Below, one piece after another: positions 25,128-33,881 of a stretch of DNA of 45,864 bases. The stretch comes from an uncultured Bacteroides sp. GTDB lineage: Bacteria > Bacteroidota > Bacteroidia > Bacteroidales > SM23-62. Within the stretch, counting starts at the first letter, position 1. Every line of letters begins with the position of its first letter. A program made the translations under genes and the position numbers. The notes under the pieces were generated by a model. The model was not told where the DNA came from. It made no database searches and was given only the letters and a program-made list of their open reading frames with translations. Location of the stretch: the NCBI GenBank assembly GCA_964477295.1, contig CAYZEZ010000002.1:1-45864 (forward strand), read 5' to 3'.

Positions 25128-26303
25128 ATGAAAAAACTAATTTCTTTTTCTTGTACTTTCTTGCTTGTCATAAGTGCGGAAAATCTATCAGCCCTGCAAC
25201 CGTTTTTGCATGATCCCGTGGTTGAAAGAATAAATATTAGCTTTCAATTCCTTGAGGGACCGGTATGGAAGGATGGCAGAATACTGTTTAGCGATATTCC
25301 TGCTAATAAGATTTATCAATGGACAGAAGAAGAGGGCAGTTCTGTATTTCTAATGGCTTCCGGTAATTCAAACGGATTAGCTTTAGATTCAAAAGGAAGA
25401 TTATTGCTCGCCCAGCATGGGAAGAGGCAGGTTGCCGTATTGCTTGATAATGGTTCAGATAGCACATTGGCCGGTATGTATGAGGGGAAAAAGCTGAACA
25501 GCCCTAATGATATCACCGTCCGTTCTGATGATGCATTCTACTTTACTGATCCGCCCTATGGGATTGACCCGGGGGATGCAGAATTGGATTACTCCGGTAT
25601 ATTTTTATATACGGCTTCAGGAGAGCTGCATCTGATGGATAAATCACTTAATCGTCCAAATGGAATTGTGCTGTCTCCGGATGAAAGTATTTTATATGTG
25701 AGTGATTCAGAAACAAGAAAAATTTATACATGGCAGATAGATGGAGATACAATACTGAATAAGACACTTTTTGCTTCCATGACTCCGGCTGGCAATGCAG
25801 ATGGCATGAAAGTGGATGGGAATGGATTTCTTTATGCAAGTGGTCCTGGAGGTGTCTGGGTATATAATCCCGATGGTACTTTCATACAGACTATCCCGGT
25901 TCCTGGTCAGGTAACTAATTGCGGATGGGGAGCTGAAGAGGATACTGTTTTATTTGTAACCACGGGAAATTATCTCTTCAGAATTACCAACAGGAAAGAA
26001 GATCCTGTGACATATATTAAAGATAATGTTACGAAGAGTATCCACCTTAGGCTGCTTTCTTCCAATCCATTTACCGATCATCTCAGGTTTTCCTGTACCC
26101 TGGGAGACGCATCTGATATAAAGCTGGATATTTATGACCTTAACGGCAGGCTGATCAAGAGATTGGCTGAGGGTTTTATGCCTGCAGGTATATATACTTA
26201 TTCATGGGAAACCGGCTATCTATGTGCCGGGGCTTATATTGTCCGCTTAAACAGCCGGAGCACTAACACAGTGATGTATTGTATTAAAATGGGCGCCTAC
26301 TGA
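25128..26303 (+). CDS. SMP-30/gluconolactonase/LRE-like beta-propeller protein with T9SS sorting domain
   Basis: EGPVWKDGRILFSDIPANKIY, NSPNDI, RPNGI and ADGMKVD propeller motifs. C-terminus SNPFTD...GIYTYSW...GAYIVRL is a T9SS CTD. Confidence 0.8.
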   Translation: MKKLISFSCTFLLVISAENLSALQPFLHDPVVERINISFQFLEGPVWKDGRILFSDIPANKIYQWTEEEGSSVFLMASGNSNGLALDSKGRLLLAQHGKRQVAVLLDNGSDSTLAGMYEGKKLNSPNDITVRSDDAFYFTDPPYGIDPGDAELDYSGIFLYTASGELHLMDKSLNRPNGIVLSPDESILYVSDSETRKIYTWQIDGDTILNKTLFASMTPAGNADGMKVDGNGFLYASGPGGVWVYNPDGTFIQTIPVPGQVTNCGWGAEEDTVLFVTTGNYLFRITNRKEDPVTYIKDNVTKSIHLRLLSSNPFTDHLRFSCTLGDASDIKLDIYDLNGRLIKRLAEGFMPAGIYTYSWETGYLCAGAYIVRLNSRSTNTVMYCIKMGAY

Positions 26304-26398
26304 AATTTGCGTTTGTTCTGTTTCCCTCCTGCTATGGAAATCCAGTGAATGCATTTGCATATTCATCAGCACAACGTGCATCTGAAAGTTGTGAAAAG

Positions 26399-28021
26399 TT
26401 ATTCTTCTTGTTTTGTGATCCTGCGGCTGTAATAGATGGAGGCTACAATGGAAATAATTGCTAAAAACAGGAAGGCAATTACCCGATAGGCAATATCAAT
26501 CCGGGAAAGATCGATAATAAAAAGATAAAATGCTCCGGCTATCACAGTTCCGATTGCCATATACCTGTATTTTACATTTTTTAATATGAAACTGAGGAGA
26601 AAGTATAAAACGGCCGCAATGGTCCATGAAAGCGTAACATATTTGCCGGGAACGGCCTGATAGAGAGCGTAAAGAACTGAAAAAAAACCTGCAACAAGAT
26701 ACAAATTTCTCAATAGGTCAGTTTTAATTTCGAGCCGTTGTTTTTTCCAGTTCAAGACCCTTGCCGTAACAAGCGGAACCAGGGCGTAAGCAATATTTAC
26801 GGAATCTAAATGGTTTTTTGAAATGAAATATACAATGAGCAGCAAAGTAAATAGGATGCCGTTCATGATAACAATCAGCTTATTCCTGAACCAGAGTGCG
26901 ATGGAAACGACCAGCAGGCTTTCCACCGCAAGATACAGATGAGCTGTTGGAAACGCAAATACACCATATATGGCAACACTCAGAGCCAGGAAACCGTAAA
27001 GAGCATAAAAAGCAGATCCGAATTTCCAGTCAGCATAGGCTCTTAGAACAAATGCGTAACCCAGGCAAAACAAGGAAATTATGGCAAACAGCCCGGCATA
27101 GTTTTCGGTAAAAAACTGTAAAACAAAGATCAGGAGTATCAGAGAAAAACCTAAACTGTTCAGCCAGAGAGTGCTGACTAATAATCCCTGGTTATTGCTA
27201 TCCTTTAACCTTAGAATGGCAGCAAGAGCGTAAATCAAGCCACAGGCAAACAGGTAGATATAACCAAAATTATGCACAGGGATCACGGTAAAAGCATGAC
27301 CCATCAGCGGATTGTTAAAAATCCAGAATAAAAATACCAGGTAGCACAGGAGCAGGGAAATGATGAAAGTACTTTTCCAGCCATAACGGTAAAGGAGAAA
27401 GAGTGATATTATTGACAGCACGACATTCATAGTTAATATGATTGCTGATCTGTCACTAACCATACCGGAAAAAAAACCAAGAAGAATAGCCAGTACCATA
27501 AAAAATTCCGATTGGCTCCGGATGGCGAGCAACAATTGCAATACGATTACTGCAAAAACAAGGCCCAGGCCCAGGTATTCCACTTTAATAACCGGAGCAG
27601 AGGAGAAATAATGCAGGCGCAGTGTAAAATAGTATAACAGAAAGATTCCAATCAGTCTAAACATAAATGCCAGAAAATCATGCGATTGCCTTATGAAATA
27701 CTGAATAATAAGTAATCCTGCCACTGCGGCAAATCCAATAATGGTTGCCAGTGCAGGCTTTCCAGGAGAATTAATCCACTGTGTAAGAAAAATTATGCCC
27801 AGGAGGAGCACGATATTGCCTATCCAGGCCAATCCATATCGACCTATTTTTGATTCAAGCAGAGAATTGTCCTGAATAAGTTTGAAATCAGGTAATTCCA
27901 TCTCATTTTCAGTGCCTGCCCCGGATGGCTCAATAATCCCTGACTTTGAAATCTCAAGTTCAGACTCAAGCCTTGATAATCTTTCCTCGATGATTGTAAG
28001 TCTTTTATTGATATTTTCCAT
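26399..28021 (-). CDS. DUF2339-like large polytopic membrane protein
   Basis: N-terminal coiled-coil INKRLTIIEERLSRLESELE followed by many hydrophobic helices. 540 aa. Confidence 0.7.
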   Translation of the reverse strand: MENINKRLTIIEERLSRLESELEISKSGIIEPSGAGTENEMELPDFKLIQDNSLLESKIGRYGLAWIGNIVLLLGIIFLTQWINSPGKPALATIIGFAAVAGLLIIQYFIRQSHDFLAFMFRLIGIFLLYYFTLRLHYFSSAPVIKVEYLGLGLVFAVIVLQLLLAIRSQSEFFMVLAILLGFFSGMVSDRSAIILTMNVVLSIISLFLLYRYGWKSTFIISLLLCYLVFLFWIFNNPLMGHAFTVIPVHNFGYIYLFACGLIYALAAILRLKDSNNQGLLVSTLWLNSLGFSLILLIFVLQFFTENYAGLFAIISLFCLGYAFVLRAYADWKFGSAFYALYGFLALSVAIYGVFAFPTAHLYLAVESLLVVSIALWFRNKLIVIMNGILFTLLLIVYFISKNHLDSVNIAYALVPLVTARVLNWKKQRLEIKTDLLRNLYLVAGFFSVLYALYQAVPGKYVTLSWTIAAVLYFLLSFILKNVKYRYMAIGTVIAGAFYLFIIDLSRIDIAYRVIAFLFLAIISIVASIYYSRRITKQEE

Positions 28022-28088
28022 ATCGTGGAGTTATTGTTTCAGCTTCTATGATGAAAACATTTCACTCGCGCGGTACTGTCTAAACATG

Positions 28089-29285
28089 TCAGAGCTCTGC
28101 TTCCTGTAATTTCCAGGGCGGCAACAACCACAGCAGGAATGCCAGAATTAAAAATGGGAGGATGATCCATACTGCTGTCATCAGGACTCCTTCTGAGCCA
28201 ACCAGTCCCAGCTTAAAACTTGTAAATCCGTAGAAACTTTTCGAAAACAGTTGCCCACCTATGACCACATTCCACCGCATGAAAAAGATCCCGATAAGAA
28301 TAAAGATTCCTGAAATGAAGTATATTAATTGTCTTATTTTCTCCTTTGGTTTATATAACTGTAGAATTCCCAATGCTAGAAGCGGTATAATCACCCCTAT
28401 GGTAATTTGCATAAAAAACAGGGTTAAAAAAAGTTTTCCGGAGACGAGCAATGACAGGATTTCAAATGATTCTTCTGCTTCATACAACCGGTGGACCTGG
28501 TCCAGTGTTTCGAGCGAAAAATCAAGGATCAGTACAAAGAAAAGATACCTTGATATGGTATCAAGACATTTCATATCTATTTTCTGACGACGGATATATG
28601 AGATGGCCATATAGATAATCATAACCAGTGCAATACCTGAGACCATGGCTGAAAACAGAAAGATAACCGGCATCAGGACAGTTGACCACCAGGGGTTGGC
28701 TTTAACGGATCCGAAAATAAAACCCACGTATCCGTGCAGGAGAAAAGCTGAAGGGATCCCAATCACAGTGATGAAATACCCCAGTTTTCTATCCCATTTT
28801 AATGTTTTCTGAGAGGTATCCATCAGGCCGAGCGTAAGAATTTTATAAATTGGCCTGCGAATACCTGTGATTTCTCTCGACCACATCACAATGTCTTTCC
28901 TGTAATCGAACCATATCTCAAGCAATAGGACTACCATCAGGTACCATAGATAAATAAAGCCAAAGATGGCCATTGCCGAGGTTGGGTTCGGCGTTGTCAT
29001 GATCTCGTATGCCCGAAGGGGTTTGGTAAGATGGCTGATCAGCGGAAGAGTGGCAACCAACAGGAATGCAAGGGCTGTTAAAAGTGCCAGCTCATAGGTT
29101 GGTTTTAACACTTTTACCTTGAAAACCCTTTCCAGTGAAGCCAGAATAAATGCACCTGCAACAAGCCCTGTAATAAACGGATAGAGTACGATGAGGATTC
29201 CCCAATATAGTTCAATCTCATTGGGATAGATATATCCATCTACCTGGGAAAGTGCTTCGAACAGATGCTGGCTGGCTGGGTCCAT
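28089..29285 (-). CDS. NrfD/PsrC-family quinone-interacting membrane subunit
   Basis: 398-aa polytopic protein, 2 nt downstream of the Tat FeS protein gene. Typical NrfD-like helix pattern. Confidence 0.82.
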   Translation of the reverse strand: MDPASQHLFEALSQVDGYIYPNEIELYWGILIVLYPFITGLVAGAFILASLERVFKVKVLKPTYELALLTALAFLLVATLPLISHLTKPLRAYEIMTTPNPTSAMAIFGFIYLWYLMVVLLLEIWFDYRKDIVMWSREITGIRRPIYKILTLGLMDTSQKTLKWDRKLGYFITVIGIPSAFLLHGYVGFIFGSVKANPWWSTVLMPVIFLFSAMVSGIALVMIIYMAISYIRRQKIDMKCLDTISRYLFFVLILDFSLETLDQVHRLYEAEESFEILSLLVSGKLFLTLFFMQITIGVIIPLLALGILQLYKPKEKIRQLIYFISGIFILIGIFFMRWNVVIGGQLFSKSFYGFTSFKLGLVGSEGVLMTAVWIILPFLILAFLLWLLPPWKLQEAEL

Positions 29286-29287
29286 GG

Positions 29288-30055
29288 TTATCTTACCTCC
29301 ATGCTTAGTGCATTATAATATAATTTAGATCCGGTATTCAGATGCGGTTTAAGCACCTGACAATTATTCTCTTTAAGGAACTGGACCATTGGACCATCCT
29401 CATCTCTAAGGTCACCGTAAATCCTTGCTCCCGTAGGACAGACCTCCATACAAGCTGGAGCCAGTCCCTTCTTTAACCTGTGATAACAAAAGGTACATTT
29501 ATTTACCACTTTTTTCACGGGATCAACATACCGGCATCCATAAGGACAGGCTTGCACGCAGTACCTGCAGCCAATACAATATTTTTCATCTACCAGGACG
29601 ACCCCTTCCGGGCTATCGTAGGTAGCTCCTACGGGACAAACCTGTATACAGGGAGATTTATAGCAATGGTTGCACATTTTAGGAACGAAGAATGATTTGA
29701 ATATCTCCTCCTCAGGTATATGATTCTCAAAACCGTCTATACCTCCATTTGGAGACTGTACATCAACTGTTCCATCCTTCTTTATGGTATATTTTTCAAT
29801 CCAGGTGCGAAAGTAGAAAGGATCCCTGGATACATTGTTTTCAGATTTACAGGCATCAGCACATCTTCCGCAACCAATGCATTTTTCTATGTCAATGCCA
29901 ATTCCGTACCAGGGACCGGTTTCATCTTTCGGTTCTGAAGCATAAACAAAAGCAGTTGCTCCTGGTAACAATCCCGATGCAAATAATCCTCCTGCCAGTG
30001 TGGCAGAATGCTTTAAAAATTGCCTTCTGGATGACTTTATTCTTTTAGTTCCCAT
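29288..30055 (-). CDS. Tat-exported 4Fe-4S cluster protein (HybA/PsrB/DsrO-like)
   Basis: Twin-arginine leader SRRQFLK. Cys clusters CIGCGRCADAC, CNHCYKSPCIQVCP, CIGCRYCVQACP and CTFCYHRL...CMEVCP. Confidence 0.9.
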   Translation of the reverse strand: MGTKRIKSSRRQFLKHSATLAGGLFASGLLPGATAFVYASEPKDETGPWYGIGIDIEKCIGCGRCADACKSENNVSRDPFYFRTWIEKYTIKKDGTVDVQSPNGGIDGFENHIPEEEIFKSFFVPKMCNHCYKSPCIQVCPVGATYDSPEGVVLVDEKYCIGCRYCVQACPYGCRYVDPVKKVVNKCTFCYHRLKKGLAPACMEVCPTGARIYGDLRDEDGPMVQFLKENNCQVLKPHLNTGSKLYYNALSMEVR

Positions 30056-30534
30056 GGCTGATGTGGATTATGACAATCTGTACAATTCTTTTTGTTCGTA
30101 TAGTGTTCCTCAAGGTTAACCTGAAATATTGCACTTTCATTACGCCCGGGTATCATGGCATGGCAGAGGCCGCAAAACTTCCGTCCATCAGGTTTAAACA
30201 GATCAATTTTTTCCGGATCCATGACGTGAGCCATCCCAGGGCCGTGACAGGTTTCGCAGGTGACTTCACTATGTACGTCATATTCCTTATTTTCAGCAAT
30301 ATCCTGATGACATTCAGTGCATGCATCATGTCCCGCATATTTCAGTTCCATGCCTTCGTTATCCACCAGCGATACTGCCCGGTAATGTCCGAGGTCGCCG
30401 AATGTTTCGGGAACAACCAGAAACCGTCCCAGAAGAAATAAAAAGATAAAAATGAGCAAAGCGGGCAGAAGATGCTTTATCTGTGGAGGAATATATATCT
30501 TCATATTTATGAGAATATCATATTTGGACAACAA
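30037..30534 (-). CDS. Membrane-anchored tetrahaem cytochrome c
   Basis: Four CxxCH motifs (CTECH, CETCH, CGLCH, CTDCH) and one N-terminal hydrophobic helix. Overlaps the FeS gene by 19 nt. An alternative ATG at 30504 (MKIYIPP) is possible. Confidence 0.85.
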   Translation of the reverse strand: MLSKYDILINMKIYIPPQIKHLLPALLIFIFLFLLGRFLVVPETFGDLGHYRAVSLVDNEGMELKYAGHDACTECHQDIAENKEYDVHSEVTCETCHGPGMAHVMDPEKIDLFKPDGRKFCGLCHAMIPGRNESAIFQVNLEEHYTNKKNCTDCHNPHQPWELKE

Positions 30535-30775
30535 TAAACGACATCAGAGAATACAGAAAAAGCGGATTGTAATATACACATTTGAATATTCAGGCCAACA
30601 ATTATCAGGCAATAATTACTTTGGCCATAAGTAATTTATATTAGAAATAAATAATTTACCGGATGAATAACAACCTGAATTGCAAATCACTGCTGTTTTC
30701 GGGATCCGTTAAGAATATTTAACTCTATTTAAGAATCCTTAACAGGAAACATTTCAGATCGGATCTGTGAGTATA

Positions 30776-30783
30776 TATCTTTG
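30776..30783 (+). promoter_or_regulatory. Candidate -7 box TATCTTTG
   Basis: Exact TAnnTTTG, 115 nt upstream of the ATG at 30899. Confidence 0.35.
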
Positions 30784-30898
30784 TATTGTGAAATATGGTT
30801 TTGTAATTAGCATAGTAATAATTCAGATATTCCGTTGATCAGGCATTTAAATTGGAATGAACAGATATACATATTAAATAACTTAAAAATATCAGGTT

Positions 30899-31474
30899 AT
30901 GAAAACAATAAGATTTTATTTAGGAATAACAATCGTAGGTTTAACAGCCTTCCTGGCGAATAGCTGTAAAACAGGTACACCCGGGGATGCTGTCAGAAAC
31001 GCGATGGAAAAGGAAATCATAAAAGAAGAATCAGAAACATTTATTGAGGAACATAATGTTCCTGCAGTTATTGTGAAAGAATTTAATAACAGACAGTCCG
31101 ACACCATTGAGAGGCAATGGCTGGTCTTTGAGCAATTACCTGAAGATACCATCAAGCTGGAGTTGCCTGAAGTATATATTGTTAAGTACAGTCAAAATTC
31201 TCAGGACTACAGGAGCAAATATTCCATAGCAGGAGAAATCATTGAAAAAAATCATCTGATTAATATTTCTGTCCTCCCGGTTCCGGCTCAGGATGTACTT
31301 AAAAAGGGCGAATACAAGGATTGGGAAGTTGTCGGAGATGTTTTTGAAACACTTGATAATAAGACCGATGAGCCAATTGGTTTCATAGTAAAAGTCAAAA
31401 AGGGCCTTAACAAAGAGAAGGTATTTTTTGATTTAGAAGGGAACATGGTAAAAATCCAAACAATGGTCCAATAA
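30899..31474 (+). CDS. Lipoprotein, PepSY-like (DUF2874-like) repeats
   Basis: Lipobox LANSC. Two repeats of the VPAxVxxxF...W type. Confidence 0.6.
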   Translation: MKTIRFYLGITIVGLTAFLANSCKTGTPGDAVRNAMEKEIIKEESETFIEEHNVPAVIVKEFNNRQSDTIERQWLVFEQLPEDTIKLELPEVYIVKYSQNSQDYRSKYSIAGEIIEKNHLINISVLPVPAQDVLKKGEYKDWEVVGDVFETLDNKTDEPIGFIVKVKKGLNKEKVFFDLEGNMVKIQTMVQ

Positions 31475-31638
31475 TCCCTGAAATTACATCCGGTACCAGA
31501 AGAGCAGGTTTTCTTTGGTGACTTCTCAAAAAATATGCAATATTGCAGGGCTGGTCCGGCAATTGAATCCTGCGAGCGCATTGTCCCCGTGTATTCGGGG
31601 TGGGGTTAGCGAGCGCAAAAAAAAAACAATAAAGTATC

Positions 31639-31678
31639 GAAGATTCCTCGTCCAGAGTACTCGGGACGAGGAATCTTC
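31639..31678. other. Near-perfect 40-nt palindrome (possible bidirectional terminator or RNA hairpin)
   Basis: GAAGATTCCTCGTCC (31639-31653) pairs perfectly with GGACGAGGAATCTTC (31664-31678). An A10 run lies 13 nt upstream, which is T10 downstream on the minus strand. Confidence 0.6.
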
Positions 31679-31870
31679 AAATCGATCATGTACATATCTC
31701 ATTTACAATTGCCGGGTAATTAAGTTTTAAAGTGAACGGAATAATTATATTAGTCTCCCTTTGCAACAATAGACAACCCCTCCTGTAACTTTCCATGGAC
31801 TTCTTTCATTTGAATCGAAAGTAAACCATTACTATTTTATTGATGAAGATTGTAAAATGAAATGCAATAA

Positions 31871-31878
31871 TACCTTTG
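31871..31878 (+). promoter_or_regulatory. Candidate -7 box TACCTTTG for the acyltransferase-methyltransferase pair
   Basis: Exact TAnnTTTG, 70 nt before the ATG at 31949. Confidence 0.4.
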
Positions 31879-31948
31879 AATTATTAAAATGTCTCATAAC
31901 TTTATACAAAAGTAAGTACGGATTTTCCTGTCGGCGTATATGTAATAG

Positions 31949-32779
31949 ATGATGAAATATATTGACATTACATCAATCATTAAAGAGAGTAATTCAAGGA
32001 TATTAAAGCGTTTGCCTTCATTTATTATTAAAGCGATTGAAAGAATTATTCTGCAGGAGAAATTAAATCAGATCCTGACTAAATACTCAGATTATCATGG
32101 ATTAGAATTTCTTCCCAAAATCATTGAGGAGTTTAACCTGACCATTAAGGTTTTTGGAACAGAAAACCTTCCTGAAAACAAAAGGTGTTTTTTTATTTCA
32201 AATCACCCGTTTGGAATAATAGACGGATTGGCATTGACAAAAATCGTGGGAGATAAATATCATGTATTAAAATCTATTGGGAATGAGGCATTTATGTATG
32301 TGCCTAATTTGAGGCCCCTGATAGCAGCCGTCAATGTTTTTGGGAGGAACTCAAGAGAATATGTGACTGAATTAGAAAAACTCTACCTTACAGATGTTCC
32401 AATAACCCATTTTCCCGCCGGGGAGGTTTCAAGAATTTACAGTGGTAAAATCCAGGATTGCAAATGGCAGAAAAGTTTTATCACTAAAGCGATCTTTTTT
32501 AAACGGGACATCGTTCCATTTTATATTCATGGTCATAACTCATGGTTTTTTTATTTTTTAAGTTCAGTGAGGCGGGTACTGGGAATCAAAACAAATATTG
32601 AGTTAATCCTTCTTCCACGTGAAATGTTCAGAAAGAAAAATAAGACCATCAAGGTTAAAATAGGCAAGCCGATACCCTGGCAAAAATTAGACAAGAATTT
32701 CTCACACTGGGAATGGACAGATAAAGTCCGGAGGTTTGTGTATGGCCTGGAGAGTAATCCTGTAGACGAAAATTTTTGA
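31949..32779 (+). CDS. PlsC/OlsA-type (lyso)lipid acyltransferase
   Basis: HX4D motif NHPFGIIDG and FPAGEVSR block. 276 aa. Confidence 0.8.
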   Translation: MMKYIDITSIIKESNSRILKRLPSFIIKAIERIILQEKLNQILTKYSDYHGLEFLPKIIEEFNLTIKVFGTENLPENKRCFFISNHPFGIIDGLALTKIVGDKYHVLKSIGNEAFMYVPNLRPLIAAVNVFGRNSREYVTELEKLYLTDVPITHFPAGEVSRIYSGKIQDCKWQKSFITKAIFFKRDIVPFYIHGHNSWFFYFLSSVRRVLGIKTNIELILLPREMFRKKNKTIKVKIGKPIPWQKLDKNFSHWEWTDKVRRFVYGLESNPVDENF

Positions 32780-32786
32780 ATTAAAA

Positions 32787-33569
32787 ATGAAAATGAAAAA
32801 CAGGTTCCGTGATTGGTTATTCATGATCTGGTACTGGTACGTCAATAAAATTGACAAAAATGCAGAAGTCTTATTTATGAATTTCGGATATGCTGAAAAA
32901 CCCCCTGCTGTTAAGCTGGAAGCAAAAGATGAACAGAATCGCTATTCCATCCAGTTATATCACCACCTGGTGAGTACAATCGATTTAAAAGACAAGGATA
33001 TTGTTGAGATTGGTTGTGGAAGGGGAGGCGGTTTGGAATTTATTACCAGGCTTTTTTCACCTGCTACTGCCAAAGGAATAGATATTGATATCCGGGCCGT
33101 AGATTTTAATAACCGTCACTATAGAACAGATGGATTATCATTTCAACAAGGAGATGCTCAAAAAATACCCATGGATGATAATACCTGTGATGCCGTGATA
33201 AATGTTGAATCTTCTCACCGGTATCCGGATTTCTGCAAATTCTTACGTGAGGTGTACCGCATTTTACGTGATGATGGATATTTTTTATTTACAGATTTTC
33301 GATATGATTTTGAGATTCCTTTTTTGCAAAAAGATCTGAAATCGTCCGGATTAACACTGCTGAATGAAGAATTCATTACTCAACAGGTAGTTGCTGCATT
33401 AGAATCAGATGATGGAAGAAGAAGAGAATTAGTTGAAAAATTAGCTCCGCGTGTCCTGCAAAAGACTGCATTGAATTTTGCAGGAACCATCGGTTCCGAA
33501 ACATACAACCGGTTTATTTCCGGTAAGTATATCTATTTCAAATATATTCTTCAGAAAAGCAATAATTAG
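32787..33569 (+). CDS. Class I SAM-dependent methyltransferase
   Basis: Motif I VEIGCGRGGG, then DAVINVES and a post-I acidic residue. Starts 7 nt after the acyltransferase gene. Confidence 0.85.
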   Translation: MKMKNRFRDWLFMIWYWYVNKIDKNAEVLFMNFGYAEKPPAVKLEAKDEQNRYSIQLYHHLVSTIDLKDKDIVEIGCGRGGGLEFITRLFSPATAKGIDIDIRAVDFNNRHYRTDGLSFQQGDAQKIPMDDNTCDAVINVESSHRYPDFCKFLREVYRILRDDGYFLFTDFRYDFEIPFLQKDLKSSGLTLLNEEFITQQVVAALESDDGRRRELVEKLAPRVLQKTALNFAGTIGSETYNRFISGKYIYFKYILQKSNN

Positions 33570-33802
33570 TAGCTTTCTTCAAACTCCCGGGACAATACGT
33601 AAAATCCCCGTAGGTCTTTTACCTGCAAGGATTTCGAAAAGCCGGATTTATGCCTGGGGCAATTCCCGGAATTCACTTACCGGTTCATATTGATTGGCAG
33701 CACTAAAATTGAGTTATTGTACTTTTATAGCATCACTGGCTGCCGGATAGGAAAATCCATTGCCAACCATGCTTATTTATATCATCATTCCCATATCATT
33801 TC

Positions 33803-33810
33803 TATATTTG
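33803..33810 (+). promoter_or_regulatory. Candidate -7 box TATATTTG for msrBA
   Basis: Exact TAnnTTTG lying inside the long TTG-started ORF. This supports the ATG at 33882 as the real start. Confidence 0.45.
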
Positions 33811-33881
33811 TATGGAATAGATTAATAATTTACTGCAATTTAACCGGAAATCGGAGAGAAAGTTGCCAGGAAAATAAACAA

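Noticed and set aside
30037-30534. Calling the tetrahaem cytochrome a NapC/NrfH-type quinol dehydrogenase
   Set aside because: The size, single anchor helix and four haems fit. However, the first haem motif lies far from the helix, and CHGPG/CHNPH contexts look more like cytochrome c3/NrfB/DsrJ-type proteins. Without an alignment I leave it as a generic membrane-anchored tetrahaem cytochrome.
31515-31730. 71-aa ORF in the track
   Set aside because: It has a GTG start, spans an A10 run and several perfect palindromes, and has no recognisable protein features. The region is better explained as structured non-coding DNA.
33690-33881. N-terminal extensions of track ORFs (33690, 12711, 2964, 8267, 18949; less clearly 15015)
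   Set aside because: The extensions begin at TTG or GTG and encode non-conserved sequence. In three cases they contain the gene's own TAnnTTTG box or precede a clean signal peptide or conserved N-terminus at an internal ATG, so the internal ATG starts were used.
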